From positions 44,208,001-44,272,000 of the forward strand of contig NC_045696.1 in assembly GCF_009834535.1 (NCBI RefSeq): a stretch of DNA of 64,000 nt. Direction: 5' to 3'. The notes beneath the pieces are model-generated. The model had not been told where the DNA came from and made no database searches. It was given only the letters and a program-made list of their open reading frames with translations. The first letter of the stretch is position 1. Each line of letters starts with the position of its first letter. Both the position numbers and the translations under genes were made by a program. This document shows, piece after piece, positions 39,945 through 51,100 of this stretch. The stretch is from Camelus ferus. Taxonomy: Eukaryota.

Positions 39945-41290
39945 CTTTTTTTCCTTTTTACTATTTTTAAAGCATTTTTAGGTTTATAACAAAATAAAGA
40001 GTAATGTACAGAGATTTCCCATGGATCTCATGTCCCCAGACCTGCATAGCCTCGCCCAATATCAACATTAATCACAAGAATGGGTACATTTTTTAAAAGG
40101 ATGAACCTTCACTGACTTCACAATCACACAACGTGCCTAGTTCACATACAGCTCTCTTGGTGTATGTTCTGTGGGTTTAGACAACTGTATAATGTACATC
40201 CATCATTATAATATCATACAGAGTATTTTCACTGCCCTAAACATCCTTTGTCTTCTGCCCACGTACCCCAACTCCTCCTCTGTTTTCACAAAGATTTTTC
40301 TATTGTCTCCACAGTTTTGTCTTTTCCAGAAAATCGTGTCGCTGGGATCATATAGTATGTAGCCCTCTTGGATTCTTTTACTTAATAATATGCATATAAA
40401 TTTCCTCCATGATTTTTCATGGCTTGATAGTTCATTTATTTTTAGTACTGAATAATATTCCATTATCTGGATTTACCACAGTTTATTTATTCATTCGCCT
40501 ACATCTTGGTTATTTCTAGGATTCAGCAATTATGAAAAAAGCTGCTATAAACACCCATGTGCAGGTTTTTATGTGGACATGAGTTTTCAATTCCTTTGGA
40601 TAAATACAAAGGAGCACAATTTCTGGATCATATGGTAACAGTATGCTTAGTTTTGTAGGAAACTGTCAAACTGTCTTCCAAAGTAGCTAGACTGTTTTGC
40701 TTTCCTACCAGCAACGTATGAGAGGTCCTGTTACTCCACATGCTCGCCAGCATTTGGTGTTATCAGAGTTCCAAATGTTGGCTGTTCTATTAGGTGTGCA
40801 TTGTATCTCACTGTTCTTTTAATTTGCATTTCTTTGATGACATATGACGGGGAACATTTTTTCATGTGCCCATTTGCCATTTGTTTATTGTTGACCTGAA
40901 ACTATTAAATAGACTGCTAGATACCCCTCCAGCAGAGATCAATTTACTTGAGATTAGCAGCGAATTGAAATTCAGGGTCTGCAGCCGTGGCAAGCCACAC
41001 GCAAGTCCCTTCACAGCAAGAAAAAGAGAACGCTGTTATAGGCAGGAAGTTGGGAGGACTATAGTGAACAGAGTCCATGGCTTTTCATTGGCTGAGTCAT
41101 TGTCAGGAAAGACGAGAACTCTTCCTCCTTCTCTGCTCTGCTATCACTGCAAGGCTTAAGAGCCTCCCCCTCTGGTCTTCTGACTCTAACTGAGGCTTCA
41201 GTTTATTAATTTCATACAATATCTTCTTTGGTGAGGTGTCTTTGACCCATTTTTTTCTTATTAGTTTTCTTATTGTTGAACCTTGTTAAG
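39945..41290 (-). mobile_element. L1MB/MC 3' end (ORF2 end plus 3' UTR), with a nested LTR
   Basis: 'gtacagagatttcccat', 'gctgctataaacacccatgtgcaggttttt', 'aactgtcaaactgtcttccaaagt', 'ttttaatttgcatttc'. Confidence 0.85.
40889..41218 (-). mobile_element. ERV1-type solo LTR nested in L1
   Basis: TG...CA termini; L1 sequence 'ttgccatttgt..tat|...|atatcttctttggtga' resumes across it; imperfect 4-bp TSD ttat/atat; CCAAT (attgg on +) and TATAA on the - strand. Confidence 0.75.
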
Positions 41291-41294
41291 AATA

Positions 41295-41751
41295 ACAGAA
41301 TGCTCTGGGTAATTTCAAAAAGAGGCCTTTTCCCATCCCCCTGCTGGAAGCACATGGGGATTGTTCTCCGGTATTTACCGTGGGAATCTGGTCGAGTTCC
41401 TGGAGGTAAATCTCACAATATTGTGGGGATCTCCCTATGACTGGGTGTCTCTGGAGTTTTTAACCTTCAAGAGTTGTCCACACTGAGTCTCCAGCAATTT
41501 ATCAATTAACGTTCAGGTATTCCACCCACGTACTGTTCCCACAGTGGTTTCCGTTCCTGAGTCTCTGGTCTGATAAACTGCTACTCCCTGTATCTGCGTG
41601 TCTGTCTCTAAAATCTTGCGGACAAAGGTATGCCCTGTATCCTCCTCTCCCTTTATGGATCCAAGATGAAATGCTTCAACATTTAACTTGTTGTTAGAAC
41701 CGAGTGGCAACTTCTATGCACCTTATATGCAGAACAGGAAGCGTGGAATTC
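41295..41751 (-). mobile_element. L1M/L1MC 5' UTR
   Basis: Minus strand begins 'gaattccacgcttcctgttctgcatataaggtgcatagaagttgccactcggttctaacaacaag', matching the remembered L1MC-type 5' terminus. Confidence 0.7.
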
Positions 41752-42424
41752 TTCATTATAATCCTTAAGAACTTTACTGTTGTTATTCTAACAAAATTTG
41801 TGTCCTCTTTCTTAGTTAAATTATACATCACACACATACACGCACATAGAAATTCTGAATTTACTTGAGCATGAAGAATTATGCCTATATTATTCATCAA
41901 GAATCTGCCGTCTGGATGGGGTGTTTCATTTCACCCCACACAGGTATGCATGAGGTACTGTAAGGTGGGGACTGAGCTGGCCCTCATCATAGTGACAGGG
42001 AAGAACAGAAAGAAAGAAAGAGCAGTTTGATAAAAATCCACTGAAAGCAGAGGAGACCTCTTCTGTCTACATGATCCCAGAGATAGAGAAAGCTGGCATC
42101 TTGGGTGCTGAAGACCTGCAGGCGTCAGTTTTCCTTTTCTTTTTCTATTTTTAATTGGTCTTTACTCCTTGCATCCATAGACCTCTAACAAGATTGTTCT
42201 TTCATTCCCCCACAAATACTCAATATGCATCCTCAACTCTATTCATCTGTTAGTGCCTTTTCTTGGTCTGAGGTTTCATTTTCCCTTCTGTCCAGCTATT
42301 CATTCAAAGATGAAGTATCACTTATTCTGGGAAGCCTTCCCCAACATCTGAAACCCTAAGTGGCCAATCTCCCACTAAACTCTTGTGACACTTCCATATG
42401 TACCATTCTTTTAGCACTGTATTT

Positions 42425-42516
42425 ATTTACTTTTTTAAATGGCAGTACTGGGGATTGAACCCAGGACCTTGTGCATGCTAAGCATGCGCTCTACCCCTGA
42501 GCTAGCCCCACCCACC
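42425..42516 (-). mobile_element. tRNA-derived SINE (camelid Vic-1-like, short form)
   Basis: 'gggattgaacccaggaccttgtgcatgctaagcatgcgctctacccctgagcta'; TSD tagcactgtattt (42412-42424) and tagcactttattt (42517-42529). Confidence 0.9.
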
Positions 42517-42754
42517 TAGCACTTTATTTCTGCTGCTTCCATTTACACAGTTTTGTCTGTGAACATCCGCCCACTCAGACCTAGTTGTAACCTCTCAGTA
42601 GCGTCCTCCAGCTATTAGGCATGTTTCTAGATCCAGTGCCAACTGCTGGGCTCTCAAATTTCTTGATGCTTCACAAGACTTAGTCGCTTATGACAATACT
42701 AAGGAGCAATAAAAGACTAAGGAAAAGTCATAGGCATCTTAAATAACTTTGTGG

Positions 42755-42925
42755 CAATGTTTCTCAAAATGAGATTTGCAGAGGACCTGAATTAGTAGTT
42801 CCTGGATACATATGAAAATGCAGATATCGTGGCTATTCCATAAACCTTTTAAAATAGACTATCTGGAGGAGCAGCGTGAAGTCTACATTTTTAACAAGCA
42901 TTTTTATGTGATTCGCATTACCCAT
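42755..42925. mobile_element. MER5A/B (hAT-Charlie)
   Basis: 'caatgtttctcaaaatg...aaaatgcagatatc...tctacatttttaacaagc'. Confidence 0.7.
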
Positions 42926-43379
42926 TGCTTCATTGACTGACCAGTTTGTCATGGAATTCTACAACTGGAAAAAACCCTAAAGTATTATCTAACTGAACCT
43001 CCCACAAAAAACAAAATAAAAATGGTGAGCACGCATTATTAATGAGGTACAGGAGAACTAAAATGTTGTCACTTGGGCTTCCAGATACCTCACATCAAGC
43101 TGTGTTAATATTTCATTTCACCTCCATTAAAAACTCAAAACAGCATATATCATACCAAAAATTCAATGACACAACTTACAATGGTGAACCTACTAGTTTC
43201 AAGCAACTTTCTAGAAGAATTTTGGACAAAGAGAAATATATTGATTTTCAATATCACACTGTTTTGCTTACAAGGGTGTTTTCAGACTTATTTCAAATAT
43301 TGGAAACACATGAGATGAACACAGTATTTTTTTTTTTTTTTTTTAGGGAGTGTAAGGCTTCAAAGAAACAAGAAATTTC

Positions 43380-44330
43380 CGATTAGACGCTTTACCAGAC
43401 ACAGCTGACAGAGCCACAGTTTTCACCTCAGATACCCCATTTTAATTATTTTGCCCATTATTAGGTGTTCTCACTCACCTGCTACAGATGAATCAATTTC
43501 TACAATTAGAGACGGTGCTGTACATCAACTGACAAGGAACAAAGAAAGAATAAAACAAGCCCACCAGCCAGAGGAAGTGGCGGTGATGGGTGCATAGAGA
43601 AGCCAGTTACACCTGGCCGCTAAGTTGCACAATTAACCTGTACCACTTAAATTTCCCATTTGCACATGCACCCGAGAAAACATGCACTGATCTCTCTCTG
43701 AATTGTCAAGGCAGATGTTGGTATAAAGCCAGCTTGACAGGTATAAAAATATGCTGAATTATCCATCACCTAATTGCAGAAGTTGGCTGGGGCAGAGGTC
43801 AGCTCTGAGTTGCCAACCAGACACCCACACGGTCTGTCATTCTCAAGAAGAAAACAAAGAACCATCTTCTCAGCTGATTTAAAGGAAAAGTCCACCGTGG
43901 TGCATATGAAAGCTAAATAAATGATAAACGTGGATAAAAGCAAAATTCAGAGATTTAGTTTCCCACACCCATTTAATTCACTAATGTCCCTACTGAAACC
44001 ATTAGCAGGGTGGCATTTGCTGTTACTGTAATTTTTTTTCCTACGTGTGCTTAATTTGCAGGAAGTTTAGCATCTGTGAAGCTGCTCGTCTGACAGCCCC
44101 AGAGACGAAAGTCTGTTTATTGGCAGAGGAGAGAGGCCAAGGCAGCCTAAAAGTCTAAGCTAATATTATCACCTTTGCCATGCATGTTTTTCCTCAATCT
44201 GGAGACTAGTGAGCTGAAAAAAAGGAATCTGTGAAAACCATTAGGCGACGACTGTCCCCATCTCGAAAAGTATGTTTCCTGGGCTGGGCCTAATAAAACA
44301 AATCAAAATCCATGTTTGTTCCAAGACAAG
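43380..44330. promoter_or_regulatory. Putative developmental enhancer or conserved non-coding element
   Basis: About 1 kb with no recognisable repeat; dense in TGACAG/TGTCA, TAAT and TTTAT motifs plus GGAAGT; motif-based only. Confidence 0.35.
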
Positions 44331-44489
44331 ATATTTTCTCCCAAAAAAGTCTTTTTAAAGACACAATACCCAGAAATCAAGGGTTTGATATTTATTACTT
44401 GAAAATGTTGAATTAGCTCCCTGGATCTCAAGACAAAAGTTTCATGATTTTCCAGCCAAAGCTTGCTTTTGCTAGAGAGGAGATAAAGA

Positions 44490-44725
44490 GGGCTCTGCTC
44501 AAAGCCTGGCTGTCATCAGTCCTCAGGGTAGAAACCTGCTTCTGACACTGACCGTGGTTTTGCCAGGTTCTTTCACCTTTCTGTGCCTTACCTCCTTTTT
44601 CTCTAAACTAGGGAATAATAACTAGTGTCTACATGAGACTGATTTTGTGAGGATTAAATGAGTTAATACATACACAGCACTTAACGCCTGGCGCAGGGAG
44701 GAAGACCTCCCCACATTAGCTATTA
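44490..44725 (+). mobile_element. MIR, near full length
   Basis: 'cacctttctgtgcct...gtgaggattaaatgagttaataca...gcctggcgcag...cattagctatt'. Confidence 0.85.
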
Positions 44726-45201
44726 CTGCACTCTCATGCAACGAAACCAATTGTTATCCTGAGAGTTACTTTATCTTAAAGTGAGCTTTTTTGTGATGAC
44801 ACAACTATGTCATTTTTCCATGATCACTGTTGAATATTTATGGGGAAGTGAGGCCATTCTTACTCTCTCTCTCTCTTTGTCTCTCCCTTTCTCATTTAAA
44901 TCTCAACTAAGTGAACATGGAATTCTCAAGTTTGGAGTCCCTTTGGCCAGCTGCCTTCGTCTCGGCAGGCGTCATGAAGAGGGAGCAACTCCTTTACAGC
45001 ACCTTGTGAATTTGTGGAGTGAGGAAACATCTGTGAGTGGGGATGGTCCTATGTGCTTACTAATGAGTTTTTTGGCTGTTTTGCATCTACTGGTGCTCTG
45101 TAGATTTTTCATCCCTCACTGATGCTGGCATTTGCATTGCATTGATTCCTTAATCTTCACTTTGCCTTGCTTAAAAAGGTGTCTGAATAATTGATTTTGG
45201 A

Positions 45202-45336
45202 CAAGACCAGCTACATAATTTGTGGGTCCCTTGTTAAAAACGTTAAGAATTTTAGTACAGTGACAGCAGAGAATTAAACCAAGTATAGTTTCTTCTGACT
45301 GCAAGGCCAGATCACATGGCTATGAAGTCAGCCTTG
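45202..45336 (-). mobile_element. MER45A (hAT-Tip100)
   Basis: 'caagaccagctacataatttgtggg...ttaagaattt...gacagcagagaattaaaccaag...atgaagtcagccttg'. Confidence 0.8.
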
Positions 45337-46224
45337 ACTTGAGGTTTTTGTTTTTGTTTTTTTTTTTCAACTCAGAATCTGAACTAATCATGGTCATCTG
45401 TAGAACTTACATTAGGGTCATACTAATGAAAATTATTTTTTTTCTGGCTTGTGAACATAGGCTGTTACTTACAGGTATTTTCATAAACTTCAAATTCTTA
45501 TTTTTTATAAGCTGTGAATTTCTCTGACTTTTCAGGAGCTTCCCTGAATAGTTTAGAAAAACAAAATGCAAAAAAAGGGAGCATAGACTTCATACTTAAA
45601 CTTCAGTCCTTGATCTCGTCTCTGAAAAGGAACTACTGGTTGGCTGGTTGAGAGAAAGAGAATTAGCAGCAAAAAAAAAAAAAAAAAAGAAAGAAAGAAA
45701 AAGTGATGTGTCTGAGGACCTACAGATTCTCCTCTTGTTTAGCCACTGTTTATATCATAGTAACATTTTTGTTGATTGATCTAATGCTTTTATTACCTAA
45801 CCTCATTTACTAATTTTGATTCTGATGACAGAAAGATCAAAATATATTTTTGTGCATATCCTTAATTTTCTGCTATTTTTTCTACTCCTTTATTTCTACT
45901 GGGGGACTTTTACATAAAAACAGATGTTAAAAAGATAACATCATTAGCTGTTCATCATTTCAAGTTATAATTCTCTGCTTGAAACATTATAATCATTTCC
46001 AAGAAAATCAATTGAAATGCTGCAAATCAGAACATTATGATGTAAAGTAAGAAAATTCTAATGATAACCAAAAAATAATATCAATGGTCTTAGATCTCTA
46101 CCTACCAATTCACAGAGCATTAGGAAAAGAAGGCGGGCAGCTATGGTTTTATACAAAGAAGTAAATGCAGCATTTCAGCTTCAACCTTTGTTGCTCAATG
46201 GTATCACAGTAGCTAATTTATGTT

Positions 46225-46380
46225 TGTATCACCTTAAGATTTGTAAAGGACTTTATATACATTTTATATACATAATCAGAAGAGTCCTGTGATGGTATCA
46301 TCATTATGTTCCACTTAGAAGATGAAGCTTGGCGTTCAGTGATACTGTCCAATGTCATACAGTTAATAGCAGAATGTCTT
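46225..46380 (-). mobile_element. MIR (old)
   Basis: 'gttccacttagaagatgaag...gtccaatgtcatacagttaat'. Confidence 0.5.
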
Positions 46381-46894
46381 GTAAGATCTTAGTGGGAGAG
46401 GGAATTAGACTCAATGAGCAGAAGTGACATCACTGCAGCCATTTACAGAAAGTTACTTAGAGAGTTGGAGAAAATGCATGATTGATTCACAAAGCATAAA
46501 AGAAAACTGCTTATTCGTTGATTAATTCAGTTTGCACCCATTCATACATTTATTCAAACATTCTTTCCTTTAATAAATGCACACTGATGAAACCCACAAC
46601 CAACGCAGATGGCTGTCTCAGTCAACTGAAAGTTCTGACTTGAATACATTCTTGACTTTTCTTGACAGTTTCATCATTGTGAGGCTCGGAAGAGATGAGA
46701 AAACTGCTGCCCTGGATGGAATTCTGCCAAGAAGGGAGAACATTTGCTGAAGTGGAAGCTGTGGGAAGCTTACGAAGAAGGGAGCAGTGGGTACCAGGCT
46801 TTATAGTAAAGGGCAGATCTGAAAATCTTTAAAATAATTTTTTTCTGCCTTAGCTGCCAATGAGAATAATCTGAGACAATTAAAAAAAAAAAAA

Positions 46895-46965
46895 AAAAAG
46901 AGGATTCATGGACCCCTTCTCCAGAAGTTCCAATTTAGCTAGTCTTGGGTGAGGCTCAGGTGAGT
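46895..46965. mobile_element. MER5A fragment
   Basis: 'gattcatggaccccttctccagaagttccaatttagctagtcttgggtgaggc'. Confidence 0.55.
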
Positions 46966-47009
46966 GTGTGTGTGTGTGTGTGGTCACCTGCACCCTCCGG
47001 TTTGCAAAA

Positions 47010-48625
47010 AGAAATTCATGAAGGATAAACCAGAAACTGCTGAAAATGTTCCATCAATGGGGAAAGTGGAAAAAGGGGAGAATGAATAGGTCTGGGAATG
47101 AGGGCACTAAGAAAACACTTAGAGTTTTGACTTTTAAAAACATGTAAATATTTTATATACGTTACAAATAAAATAGAATTTAAAGTGGGAAAAATGCACA
47201 TACGAAGAGAAAAAGTAAACAGAAACTAGTGAGAACTGAATCCAAACTGCACACTTAGGGGTTACAGTCTAAGAACAAAAAGGAGTGAAAAGATATCACA
47301 ACCCAATGTAACATATGACCCTTGATTATCTCATGGATAGAAAATTAAAAAAAAAAAAAATTTTAAGCATAAAGAAAATTTGTGGGATAAATAAAGTAAT
47401 TGGAATATAAACTAAATATCGTTTATATTGCTTTATCATTGTTCAACTCTTGGCTACAATAATGGTATTATATGTAAAAGAATATCCTTGTTCTTAGTTA
47501 TATACTGAAATATTTAGAATTGAAAATACTAAAAACTCCAGTATGTGTATATGTGTGTGTGTATGTGTGTTGAGAGGCACGGGAAGACGGAAAGATGGAG
47601 AATAAATGTAGCAAATGTTTAAAATTGAAGAGTCTAGGTGAAAGATGTTTAAGTGTTCCTTGTACTGTTTTTTCAGTTTTTCTATAAAATATTCAGAAGT
47701 GTTTGGAAAACTGATTTATGAAACTGGTAGAAGAAAGAAAATATGTAATCAAAGAGAAAATATTGATATATTTTACTACACTAAAATTTAAATCATCACA
47801 CATAAAATTAAAAAAAAAAAAAAAGAAAAGAAAAACAAAGGGCATACCAAAGACAACTTAAAGATATTTAAAGCCCTTACTAATCAATCTGAAAAGATAA
47901 ACATCCGGAAAGAAAACTAGCCTATGGAAATGAATAGAAATTTAATTTGAAAATCAATATTATTTCTCATTTAATATAGAAAAATTCAATTTCACCAGTA
48001 ATAAAAAACAAAGCAGCAGTTAATGCCATTATAATACCCACTATTAAAGAGATTCAGTGAAATTGTTATACCCATAAAATCTTTCTGGAAGAAAACATGG
48101 CAAATCCTTGTATAAGGTTTTAGTACTGCACCTTTTTTTCAGTTTACACATGAGCGTGGAAGTTCCATCTAAAGAATTAATTGCAAGGAATTACGAATAC
48201 CTTAAGAGGCAAGCACAAAGAAATTCATGGTAGCATTGTTTATAATTATGACAAGTTAAGAATAGCCTAAGTGGCAAAAGTAAAGACTTGGTTAATGGAA
48301 TTATGGTGCCTCCAGGAAAATATCATGTGGCCATTAAAATATATGTAGTGTAATTATATTTAATGTGTGAAAAATGTTGCAATATAAAAGAAGAATTAAA
48401 AAGGTTACAAATCAGTACAAGCTCCTTTCTATTTTAAAAAGAAAACCTGTGTATAATATATACATATGATGCATATAACATATGTGTATAAACAGATGGA
48501 AGAAAATTTGCTAATGTATTGTGTCGCTATCTTTGGTGAGATTGAGGTATTTTTTTCATATGGTACCATATTTTTTCTCAAAAAACAAATGCATATTATC
48601 TGTTTGAAAAATATGAGAAAAGTTT
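47010..48625 (+). mobile_element. Old L1MC/ME 3' fragments
   Basis: 'aatatccttgttcttag...tactgaaatatttaga', 'aagtgttccttgtactgtt', 'ttcatggtagcattgtttataat'. Confidence 0.65.
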
Positions 48626-48935
48626 ATAAAAGAGAAGTTTATAAAAAAAGATTGAGATGGCTACAAAGGCAGCTCTAAAAATAACTCAGATTTTAAAGAT
48701 TTTATTCAATGAAATAAAGGAATATTTTCAAAAGTATCTCTAGGTACTTTTCAACACGTAATGACTCTTCAACTTTAAACACTTGCTACATTTATTCTCC
48801 ATCTTTCTGTCTTGCTGTGTCCTCTCAACACACATACATACACACATATACACATACTGAAATCTTTAGCATTTTCAATTCTAAATATTTCAGCATATGT
48901 CTAAGAACAAGGACATTCTTTTACTTAACATAAAC

Positions 48936-49031
48936 TACAGATAAAAACCCTAAATTCATTAATCGAGTGAGACCAGACATAGATATGCATTAGAATGTCT
49001 TTGAAAATTGATACCTGATTTCCATATCATT
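48936..49031 (+). repeat. Dispersed direct duplication, copy 1 (copy 2 at 50324-50420)
   Basis: Hand alignment shows 7 substitutions and 1 indel over ~97 nt. Confidence 0.95.
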
Positions 49032-50214
49032 CAGTGTTAAGGGCAGTGTCAGAGAATCAAGGTCATCACGAGCTTAGACTAATACAAAATAAGAACAGTG
49101 AGAGGGGTTATGTTCTTCTGTTCAGAGCAGGAAGGGAGAGGAGGAAGAAGAGACAGAGAAGGAGAAGAAAAGGAAGAAGAGAAAAGTGGAGAATAAGAAC
49201 CCCTTATTGTAGTTTACTGTCAGAAAAGTGATCTTTAGATTTTTTTAAGGGCAGAAACTAACTTTGCCAAGAGAGAATCAATGCCCCAATACATGTTAAA
49301 ACACACACACACGCATGCACACGCATGCACGCACGCACACAAGACTGTAAGAAAGCATACAGACTCTCTAATCATGTTTGTTACTTGTCCCAAGAAAATT
49401 ATTTCTCAAGGAACTAAAAAGAAAAGGGAAAAAAACCTTCCAGAATTGTATACATAAGAAAAGATTGATAGTAATTAGAGACCTGTGGTGAATAGAAAAG
49501 TTGTTGAAAATTTACCTGAGTCAGGTAAATACACTCTTCAATAAAAAAAGGACTACTGTGACTCTTTAGCATGGAAATTTTCAAAGTATTTCTCAATTTG
49601 CCACTTTACGAAAGTCAGTTCACCAAAAGCTAGATGTGCAGAATGGTCAGCTTATGAAAATCTGCTGCAGCTGAATGACCATCAGAAGCCCAGGCAGACA
49701 GGGGCTGGGGAAGGGTGGGCTGAAAAGGAAGGAGCAGGAGTTTAGAGAGAGAGAGAGAGACGCAAGACAAGGGTAGAGATAGTACTGGCAGAGACAAGGG
49801 AGAGGAAACTGGCGGGACAGAAACAGTTTCACAAAAATGAAGACAGGAGATGCCTTGCAGGAAAAGCCCACCATTGATGAGTAGATGGGAATTCCAGGTG
49901 CACGAGAGCCTTGAGATGTTAAATCCAGCTGTTCTGCAAAGGAGCTGCCTTAAACATCTGCAAGGCAGCTAAACCCTTAAATTAAATCTTCAGAAAGGCT
50001 CTTTACAGTTCAACAAGCTAGTCTTGTAATGAACTTATTTTCTATTAATTTGGCCTGCTTCCTTTCAGGTCTTCAATGAAAGATCATTTAGTAAAATAAG
50101 AATGATCTCCAAATAAATCACAACTCTCATTTTAATGTCGTTACCAATATATTGTGAATTGTAAAACAGAATATTACAGGTAATATAAAATGTATAGTAC
50201 CTTGAGATTATTCA

Positions 50215-50348
50215 CAGTGAGTATTTATCGAGTGCTTGTTTTATAACAGATGCTCGGGAGGTGTGCTTTATTTACATTGAATTCTCACAGCCACACTGTG
50301 AAGTGCAGTTATGTTCTCCATCTTACAGATAAAAAACCCTAAATTCAT
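50215..50348 (-). mobile_element. MIR
   Basis: 'tatttatcgagtgcttg...ttctcacagccacactgtgaag...ccatcttacagataaaaaacc'. Confidence 0.65.
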
Positions 50349-50420
50349 TCATTGAGCAAGACCAGACATAGATAGGCATCAAAATGTCTTTGAAAATTGA
50401 TACCTGATTTCCATATCATT
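50324..50420 (+). repeat. Dispersed direct duplication, copy 2
   Basis: Matches 48936-49031. Confidence 0.95.
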
Positions 50421-50444
50421 TAGAAGTTTGTGTAGTGTGTTTTC

Positions 50445-51100
50445 TTTTGGGTTTCCTTTTTAATTGAGATATAATTGATGTAGAACATGATATTCGTTTC
50501 AGGTGTACACTATAATGATTCAATATTTGTATATATAGATCTTCCTTGACTTGTGATGGGGTTATGTCGTGAAAAACCCATTGCAAATTGAAAATATAAG
50601 TTGAAAATACATTTAATAATATACTTAACCTACCAAACACCACAGCTTACCCTAGCCTAACTTAAACATGCTTAGCACACCTACACTAGCCTACAGTTGG
50701 GCAAACTCATCTAACACAAAGCCTATTTTATAATAAAGTATTGAGCACCCCATGTAATTTATTGACTACTGTACTGAAAGTGAAACACTGAACGGTTGTC
50801 TGGGTACAGAACGGTTATAAGTACATTGGTTGTTTACTCTCATGATTAATCATGTGACTACCGGGGGCTGCAGCTCGCTCACTAGCCTGAGAAAAGATCA
50901 AAATTCCAAATTCATTGTGTGGTTGCTACTGCATGTGTATTGCTTTCTTTACCATCTTAAAGTCAAAAAATTTTAAGTCGAACCATTGGAAGCCAGAAGT
51001 CATCTGTATTTGAGAAATGATCTTCACAATAAGTATCCTTAAATGTCCGTCACCACTCATAGTTCGTAACACTGTATTGCATATTTGAAAGCTGTTAGAA
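50445..51100 (-). mobile_element. L1MA9-like 3' end split by MER47, with a short inverted 5' piece
   Basis: 'ttttaattgagatataattgat...tttcaggtgtacactataatgattcaatatttgtata|...|gaaatgatcttcacaataagt...catagtt'. Confidence 0.8.
50536..51006 (+). mobile_element. MER47/Tigger5-family non-autonomous TcMar-Tigger element
   Basis: 'gacttgtgatggggttatgtc...ctagcctacagttgggcaaa...aagtcgaaccat...catctg'; TA at both ends. Confidence 0.9.
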
